DNA from: an uncultured virus (IMG/VR IMGVR_UViG_3300027733_000048)
Taxonomy: Duplodnaviria > Heunggongvirae > Uroviricota > Caudoviricetes
IMG/VR virus record: IMGVR_UViG_3300027733_000048
Length of the DNA stretch: 64,000 nucleotides
Strand: one strand, 5' to 3'
The notes under the pieces are model-generated. The model saw nothing but the letters and a program-made list of their open reading frames with translations, had not been told where the DNA came from and made no database searches. Positions 58,201 through 64,000 of the stretch are shown one piece after another; the first letter of the stretch is position 1, and every line of letters begins with the position of its first letter. The position numbers were made by a program, and so were the translations under genes.

Positions 58201-59481
58201 CCAGTACGGTACAATTCCTAATGTTTTATATAAATTACCATTTGATCCGCGACTAACGGCAGTACTTTTACTAGAATTATATGTCAATGTATCGCCGAGA
58301 TTCTCAAACGGCTGATTCAAATCACCAGAAATAAATGTTTCCCAGTAGCTACTACCTATTTCAGGATTATTACCAGATGATGCAATATGAGAATTATAAC
58401 ATTTGTATGATGTAGATTTGTAAATTACAACGTCGCCCAAAACATAAGACTGTCCAGACATCCATCTATAATTCCAATACACACCGGGTACTACTAAAGA
58501 CCAGGATCCTGGATTACTAGCAGGTAATATGTTTAAATTGTCTGCAATGCTTACGTAAACGTAGCCTTTTTGTCTAATTAAATCCCCAACATAGTATTGT
58601 GTAATTGATGTCCAGTCTCCACGAATTTTAAATCCTTTAGTAACTAATGTCCAGTCACTTGGATTAGTAGATGGAATAGAGTTAGTGTTGTGTGTAATAC
58701 TAGTATAGTTATAACCACCGTAACCAATTATATCGCCCGGAATGTAACTTGTTACAGTATCCCAATTATTTCTAAATGTAACACCTGGAATATATATGAT
58801 CCATTTTGCAGGTTCAAAGGTTGTACTTGATGTATGATATGTAGTACATTTCCAAACATTTGCACCGTACTTTACTATGTCATTTAATTTATATCTAGTA
58901 ATTGCAGTCCAATCAAATAAATATTCAATACCGCTAGTTACAATTTCCCAGTTAGATTGATTGTTTTCTAATCCTAATGCTACAGTAGAAGAAGAAGTAT
59001 GGCCAGTAGTACATCGATAGGTAATCCCGCCATATTTAACTACATCATTTAAAATGTATCTAAAATTAGTTGTCCACTGTAACGACCACGAGTCAGTTTT
59101 AGTATATGCAGACCAGTAACTATTGCTTGCTTCTAATCCCAATGCGGCAGTAGCAGCAGATGTGTGTTCAGTTACACATAAATAAATGTTACCATTGTAC
59201 TTTACTAAATCACCGCGGTTATAAAAGGTTGCAATAGTCCAACTACTTTTCCATGCGTACCCATCTAACCACAATGTCCATTTTGGAGCAGCAGTATCTG
59301 GTTGTGTTGCAGTATTAATATAGTTTAAGTCTGTGTAAAAATTAGAACTTGCGGTGTGTCCTACTAAACAAACATACGATTTCCCACCGTAACGAACAAT
59401 GTCGTCTTTGGTATAAAAAATACTAGTTGTCCAATCACCTTTCCAGGTAAATCTAATTTTATCTAATTTAAATTCAGCCAT
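55243..59481 (-). CDS. Large virion structural protein (1412 aa), paralog of 48783-55193
   Basis: Same MAEFKL start and W/YGG repeats; identical GLKIDGTLHNGGNRSIVANDFTQ; SQVRLTGHD...STDEDGNF. Confidence 0.85.
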   Translation of the reverse strand: MAEFKLDKIRFTWKGDWTTSIFYTKDDIVRYGGKSYVCLVGHTASSNFYTDLNYINTATQPDTAAPKWTLWLDGYAWKSSWTIATFYNRGDLVKYNGNIYLCVTEHTSAATAALGLEASNSYWSAYTKTDSWSLQWTTNFRYILNDVVKYGGITYRCTTGHTSSSTVALGLENNQSNWEIVTSGIEYLFDWTAITRYKLNDIVKYGANVWKCTTYHTSSTTFEPAKWIIYIPGVTFRNNWDTVTSYIPGDIIGYGGYNYTSITHNTNSIPSTNPSDWTLVTKGFKIRGDWTSITQYYVGDLIRQKGYVYVSIADNLNILPASNPGSWSLVVPGVYWNYRWMSGQSYVLGDVVIYKSTSYKCYNSHIASSGNNPEIGSSYWETFISGDLNQPFENLGDTLTYNSSKSTAVSRGSNGNLYKTLGIVPYWGDFGGITNVYFVAPNGTNTASSGTTLANPFLTIKYACDFIRALAVSSATLFIKTGVYTETLPIIVAAGLELVGDEIRSTVVQPAIDYKTTNMFLLRNGTGIRNMTLTGLTGTLGAANIYGTSRPTAGAYVSLDPGASINDSSVWITTKSPYVQNVSTFGTGCTGLKIDGTLHNGGNRSIVANDFTQVLSDGIGVWCIGSNALVELVSVFSYYGHIGYLAEAGGKIRATNGNSSYGTFGTVSEGYDIAETPLTGTVNNRNQSAQVASVFAGQAQNKVLILEYSNAGQNYSAASPPTYTFTGAGTGIETVANNFRNGAIYEAMLIGSDSSAGGYGYLTAGNQAQNGTATTIVIASNDQNLAANYVSMRIIITSGTGVGQYGYIQAYASLSKTVSVYTESTNVAGWDHVIPGTAIEVALDSTTVYSIEPRVTFSNPGLSGTRALGRVTVGSSKIGAIKIWDPGSGYSTTTNIAQFFGSVTSTILSVTAVNLGSIVTGMTLYGGLGNVANNTTITAQNDVSFTGFINGTVLTVTAVLTGSMNVGYVLTDSGIATGTTVTSAETAVFSGTVSGTTLTVASMSSGIIYAGMVLTGSTVPAGTYIVENISGAGTNSTWQLSQSGAWSDLSITGIRYQINISQSLPASANYQGKRYTVSVSQTLIAANYYATTEPGAVVTITDPNATSTAIVNCRVGNGVLANPTFTNRGSNYQTSTTVCTISGGAGYADIYQISKYLTVSSLSYAPSLGSSLTIGTNQTQYKIVNITNLTSGSYYLQISPSITRSNTFPHGTAISIRQKYSQVRLTGHDYLMIGTGNKTTTNYPDVDVTSKKSYNQISENNLGRVFVTSTDEDGNFKVGNLFGVQQATGSVTISADLFNLSGLNQITLGGVQVGQNTVTITQFSTDQYFVANSDNIVPTQRAIKLYMANQISNGGSNAQTSKLVAGTVGVGPFGIFSSAGTTIKVNNKMNITKGVDGVMMALAYFKISINRR

Positions 59482-59492
59482 TTCTTACCTCG

Positions 59493-59849
59493 TTATATTC
59501 CACTTGGGTACTGATATTTTGTGTCAGTACGCATTACTAAATTACCAGAACTGTCAACGTAGTAATATATATTTCTGTCATCCCATCGATATTGTTCATA
59601 ATTTAAATTTGCATAAGTTAAATTATGATATACATCTCTACCTTCAAAAAAATCAACATTTGATTCAAAATCTGGGTAGTTATCTTCGGGATCGCCTTCA
59701 TTGTTTATTTGTATTGAATCATTTCTGCTTAGTTGATTAACTCTTGCAAAATATAATTCACCGTCGTCTGTTCTGCGCAATGCATATAAATATCCTGCAC
59801 TATCGCCGATAATATCAGATTTTTCATTACCTAAAAAATAATTACTCAT
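59493..59849 (-). CDS. Hypothetical acidic protein
   Basis: 118-aa ORF, AGGA RBS, in the structural operon. Confidence 0.65.
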   Translation of the reverse strand: MSNYFLGNEKSDIIGDSAGYLYALRRTDDGELYFARVNQLSRNDSIQINNEGDPEDNYPDFESNVDFFEGRDVYHNLTYANLNYEQYRWDDRNIYYYVDSSGNLVMRTDTKYQYPSGI

Positions 59850-59858
59850 TATAATTCC

Positions 59859-60188
59859 TTATATTACTTCAGCATAGCTGATTACTGCATCAATACTGTT
59901 ATCTGTATCACTAACGATTGTCATAATGCAGCTGCCTGCTACTATTAATTTTTCACCATTTGTAATTATTTTAGCACTATTATACGGGCGAATTGTTAAA
60001 GACGACACATAACTGCCAACAACGTTTGACGAGTCAGTAATCGTAATACTAACAATAACATCATAGTCTGTTGTATTTGATAAATTACATCCAATTACTG
60101 TAAAACTACTAGACGAACTAGGCGACAGTGCGCTAACTGGAGTAGTTCCTATGTTCTTCTTTACTGTTGTTCTTAAAAATGTGGCCAT
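59859..60188 (-). CDS. Small beta-rich virion protein, similar in type to 48426-48764
   Basis: TVIGCNLSN...GEKLIV...IDAVISYAE. Confidence 0.65.
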   Translation of the reverse strand: MATFLRTTVKKNIGTTPVSALSPSSSSSFTVIGCNLSNTTDYDVIVSITITDSSNVVGSYVSSLTIRPYNSAKIITNGEKLIVAGSCIMTIVSDTDNSIDAVISYAEVI

Positions 60189-60191
60189 CTG

Positions 60192-63100
60192 TTATCCAAA
60201 AATTAATGCGGATGCTAATCCTATTTCGTTTGCGGCTGTAATTGTAACGCCACCTGTATTACCTGCAACACTACCCCATGTTACTCCGTTAAAAATTTCA
60301 ACAACCTGATACGACGTATTAAATCGTATCATACCAGTTTCGGGACTTGGTGGACGAGTTAATCCGGTATCACCTGATGGGATAACTATTCCGCCTGACC
60401 CTGCAAATTTAACATAACCAGTGCCGCTATTAACAAATTCAGTAACTGCGTTTGATACTACATTTGTTATTGTATCATTAGAAATTCGTAAATTTCCAAG
60501 ATGTACTCCGCCGGTTCCTGATGCAGTAATATTAATATCAGTATCAGCTACTAACGTAGTAATGGTATTACCATTAATATCTAAATTATTAGTTTGAAAC
60601 CTTTCTGTAAATAATTTTTCGCTGTCAATAGTTGCTGTTAAATGATTATTAGCATAAAAATATAATATGTTGTCGTTAGCACCGGGTGATGATTCTGCTA
60701 ATATACGAGTATTACCGCTATTATCTATAACTCCGCTAAGTTGTAACCAAAATCCGTCAACAGCTATTACTATTCGTGTTCCGCCCCCAATTGTAGCTAT
60801 GCCTGCAACATATCCTGTTCCGGGAGTAGTAATTGTAATACCAGTTATACTAATACTGCAACGTGCATCGTTATTTCCACCAATAATTACAATATTAGTT
60901 TGCCCAATAAATCCAGCAATGGTATCATATTGTACTGCTGAAAGTATAGATCCTGGAACTTTTACTGTATAACTTTCGTATCTAGATAACGTAGTGTTAT
61001 ATCGTATCATTCCGTTAGTAGGTAATAACGGTCTTTCTAATGTAGTACCAACTGGAATTTTTAAACTAGTAGTACTATCAATTATAACTCCACCGGTTCC
61101 TTGCGGAGTTAATGTTATACCTGAGTTAGTTTCGATACTAGCAATACCGTTATCGGTAATTTTCAATCCTTCAACAATAACCCCGCCAGTACCTGTTCCA
61201 AAAATTTCTAAATCAGTATCTGTTACATTAGTGTAAATTGAGTTATTTGATATTGTAATTTCTGGTAAATCTAAGTCACCTGTGCTTGTAATATTTCCAG
61301 TTACTGTAATTGTACCACTTGTACTAATGTCTCCAGTTTGGGTAATATCACCAGTTTGAGTAATATCACCAGTAATTCCAACATCTTGTAAATAAGTAGT
61401 ACCAGTCGTAACTGTTAAATTTTGAGTAACTGTTAAATTTTGATCAATCTGTACATTATTTGACGGTACATAAACTTGTCCGCTACCATTTGCAGTTAAT
61501 GTTAAATCATCATTGTTTAATGTTGTGCTAATAGTGTTGTTGTCAATTACTAACCCATCTATTTCTGCACGACTTAAAAATGCATTGTTCCATCGTAAAT
61601 TAGTAGTACCTAAATCATAAAAAGCAGTAGTTGCTGGAACAATATTACTTGTGATTCCAGCAGTAAATGTAACAGTATCAGTAGATTGATCACCAATTGT
61701 AATGTTTCCGCCAATAGTAACATCACCAGTAACATCTAAATTACCAGTTACATATGTATTATTTTGTAAATTAATTGCACCGTTTGCTGCAGTTACATTT
61801 ATATTGCCTGACAAACTTTCAATCGTGTTACCGCTAATTTTAATATTACCAGTAGTAATATCTTGCGATGTAATAGATGTAGTATGCGTTCCATCACTAA
61901 AAGATACACCGGTAGTACTTGTAATTGTTAAATTTTGATTGTTGAATAACACATCACCACTATGCTGATCAATGTAGAAGCTATCGCCAACTCTAAAATC
62001 ACCTTCTTCATTAATAGTCGTGTAATAAACTTGAGCATTGTTAAGTTTTACAATCTCGTATGGATCAACATCAGGATTTTCAGGTCCTTCATTATGTGGA
62101 GTATTTGATGAGTCTTTCCCTGAACCAGTATATGAAAAGTTGTGACTAGTTAAGTACAGTACAACTCCGTCACCGTCAGCGTATACGCCGTAAGTACCGT
62201 ATATATTTGCAGATCCAATTGATCGTAATTCAACACCAAAATCGCTATAGTCTGCAAAGTTAATAATACTTGCAGTTCCGCCTGCTGAAGATCTAATGTC
62301 CTGGAACGTAATACCATTATCTAAAATAATAGTCGAGTTGTTACTTCCATCAAAATGTAATAATAATACTGTAGATAAATCGCCTAATGATTCTGAACTA
62401 GGAACTACAAATGTACCAGTGTACCTTGCAATACCTTTACAAATTCTAACACCGTCAATATATCCAGTAAATCCTAATGTGTTATCAAACCGAGCACCTA
62501 TGCGTACAGGACTTTGAATATACACAGTAGTGTCTGTATAAGTAGACCCTGACTGCACACCGTTAATAAATATTTTAGATGATGTACCGGCGCGTGATAA
62601 TGCAACATGTGTCCACGTATTCACTGCAACTACATCAGTAGATGTGATTACTGCAGTACCATTAACAGTAAATGCAACTTGATTAATAGAATTTAATGAT
62701 AGCACGATTGCAGATTGTGGAGTACTAGTACGCATATCAATTAAAATTTGAGTTGCTCCAGAATTAACTGTTTGATACACCCATAGTTCAATTGTAAAAT
62801 TACCGTTGCTAAAATTAAAATCAGGTTGACTAGGAACATTAAGAAAGTCTCCAGTACCATCTAAATTTAAACTTGAATTACCAAATTTATATTCTAATGT
62901 AGAAATCTTAGCATTTCCGTTTGCAAACACTGCTTTTGGTATTCTATCTGTAATTGTTTGAAATCCAGACTGCTTGCCTACTAAGTTTACAAAATTACCA
63001 TCAAAACTATCAATCACTCCGGTTGCAAGTACCGTAGTGCCGTTGGTATCATAGTAAGTAATAGTATCACCTACATTCCATGTACCTGTTTTATTGTTAA

Positions 63101-64000
63101 TTTTTAATCGTGTTTTGCCTATACCTGCAAACCCAGTTGTACCCGAATATGCATATATCCCTTTATTGGCAAAATATGTAAATGAATTTAACCATTCAAT
63201 TCTAATACCATTAGTTGCAACGATAGTTTCTTGATTTGGAGTGATAAATGTAACAGAATTAAATAGTGCAGTAACTTCCTTACTTGCAGCATTTGCAATA
63301 CTTCCGTCAAAGAACGCACCTTTACCTGCATCGTTACTGTCGTATCCGTATGGATCAGTGCTACTTGTAGTAGAACCTTTAGTAATAACTGAAACATTTC
63401 GTATGTACGGACTACGAGATGAAACTAAAAAGTTAGATGCAAATCTAAATGCATAGCCGGTATTATTAGTACTATTGTATCTATAACCAACAATAGATAA
63501 ATCTTCAATTGTAGTTTCGCCATTTAATAAAAATGCATCGTTATCAATTGTGCCAACTGTTGGTTGAACAGTTACTGATCGAAGACCTGTACCTTTGATT
63601 GTTACACCTACTGGAATAGTTAATGGAAATATCTCAGTGTAAGTACCGGAATAAATGTAAACGGTAGTACCTGCAGTTGCTACTGATAACGCATGTTTTA
63701 TTGATGCAAACGGATTATTTTCATGAACACCTGCATTAGTATCATTACCGTTAACCGAAACATAAAATATGTTACCTTGAGGTAAGATTAAGTCAATGCC
63801 ATTAACACTTAATGTATCAGCAGTAATATTAGTAGTTTGGATATTACTAATGTAGCTAGTGCCCCATTCTTGTCCGCCAGTTGTTGGATTACTACCTAAG
63901 TCGTATGTATTTGTTTGATCAGGATTAATATTACTTGTAATATCAGCGTTAAACGTAACGCTATCAGTGTTAGCATCACCTAATATGATGTCACCGTCGG
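60192..64000 (-). CDS. Large tail-fibre/baseplate-associated protein with a LamG (ConA-like) domain and a beta-helix-type region; 5' end lies beyond the window
   Basis: The frame of ORF 60192-63017 stays open to the window edge (hand translation: DGDIILGDANTDSVTFNAD...FYVSVNGND...PFASIKHAL...). LamG motifs FTIELWVY, WTHVALSR, GYIDGVRI; IPVGTTLERP...MIRYNT repeats. Confidence 0.85.
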   Translation of the reverse strand, partial: DGDIILGDANTDSVTFNADITSNINPDQTNTYDLGSNPTTGGQEWGTSYISNIQTTNITADTLSVNGIDLILPQGNIFYVSVNGNDTNAGVHENNPFASIKHALSVATAGTTVYIYSGTYTEIFPLTIPVGVTIKGTGLRSVTVQPTVGTIDNDAFLLNGETTIEDLSIVGYRYNSTNNTGYAFRFASNFLVSSRSPYIRNVSVITKGSTTSSTDPYGYDSNDAGKGAFFDGSIANAASKEVTALFNSVTFITPNQETIVATNGIRIEWLNSFTYFANKGIYAYSGTTGFAGIGKTRLKINNKTGTWNVGDTITYYDTNGTTVLATGVIDSFDGNFVNLVGKQSGFQTITDRIPKAVFANGNAKISTLEYKFGNSSLNLDGTGDFLNVPSQPDFNFSNGNFTIELWVYQTVNSGATQILIDMRTSTPQSAIVLSLNSINQVAFTVNGTAVITSTDVVAVNTWTHVALSRAGTSSKIFINGVQSGSTYTDTTVYIQSPVRIGARFDNTLGFTGYIDGVRICKGIARYTGTFVVPSSESLGDLSTVLLLHFDGSNNSTIILDNGITFQDIRSSAGGTASIINFADYSDFGVELRSIGSANIYGTYGVYADGDGVVLYLTSHNFSYTGSGKDSSNTPHNEGPENPDVDPYEIVKLNNAQVYYTTINEEGDFRVGDSFYIDQHSGDVLFNNQNLTITSTTGVSFSDGTHTTSITSQDITTGNIKISGNTIESLSGNINVTAANGAINLQNNTYVTGNLDVTGDVTIGGNITIGDQSTDTVTFTAGITSNIVPATTAFYDLGTTNLRWNNAFLSRAEIDGLVIDNNTISTTLNNDDLTLTANGSGQVYVPSNNVQIDQNLTVTQNLTVTTGTTYLQDVGITGDITQTGDITQTGDISTSGTITVTGNITSTGDLDLPEITISNNSIYTNVTDTDLEIFGTGTGGVIVEGLKITDNGIASIETNSGITLTPQGTGGVIIDSTTSLKIPVGTTLERPLLPTNGMIRYNTTLSRYESYTVKVPGSILSAVQYDTIAGFIGQTNIVIIGGNNDARCSISITGITITTPGTGYVAGIATIGGGTRIVIAVDGFWLQLSGVIDNSGNTRILAESSPGANDNILYFYANNHLTATIDSEKLFTERFQTNNLDINGNTITTLVADTDINITASGTGGVHLGNLRISNDTITNVVSNAVTEFVNSGTGYVKFAGSGGIVIPSGDTGLTRPPSPETGMIRFNTSYQVVEIFNGVTWGSVAGNTGGVTITAANEIGLASALIFG

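Noticed and set aside
1..64000. tRNA, rRNA or CRISPR loci
   Set aside because: Intergenic gaps are short and none showed a cloverleaf, rRNA-like sequence or repeat-spacer pattern on reading; a tRNAscan/Infernal run would be needed to exclude them formally

Overview
This window is 64 kb of an AT-rich, large T4-superfamily myovirus genome, probably a jumbo phage, with most genes on the minus strand. From left to right: (1) uvsX (truncated by the window edge) and the gp32 ssDNA-binding protein; (2) probable internal head proteins; (3) a fractured large terminase, whose ATPase half ends in a 31-aa N-intein and whose nuclease half starts with a ~116-aa C-intein, separated by a free-standing GIY-YIG homing endonuclease; (4) terS-like, gp4, tail tube, an enlarged tail sheath, dNMP kinase, neck gp13/gp14/gp15 and a Nudix hydrolase; (5) a block of repeat-rich tail-fibre-like genes with chaperones and a 2OG-Fe(II) oxygenase; (6) a ~12.3 kb island of tailoring enzymes (carbamoyltransferase, GT-B glycosyltransferase, APS-kinase-like, about five sulfotransferase-fold proteins, three 2OG-Fe(II) oxygenases, ferritin-like di-iron protein, SAM methyltransferase, GATase, degenerate HAD, SGNH-like); (7) two paralogous Gly-rich proteins with 8-10% cysteine; (8) giant paralogous virion proteins with carbohydrate-binding-type repeats. 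T4-like late promoters (NNTAAATA), two perfect sigma70 promoters and several intrinsic terminators are visible. No tRNA, rRNA or CRISPR array was seen. All product calls come from reading motifs by eye; no searches were run. The best candidates for new biology are the atypically split terminase intein with its endonuclease, and a possible virion-protein modification system (Cys-rich substrates plus glycosyl, carbamoyl, sulfo and hydroxyl tailoring enzymes).
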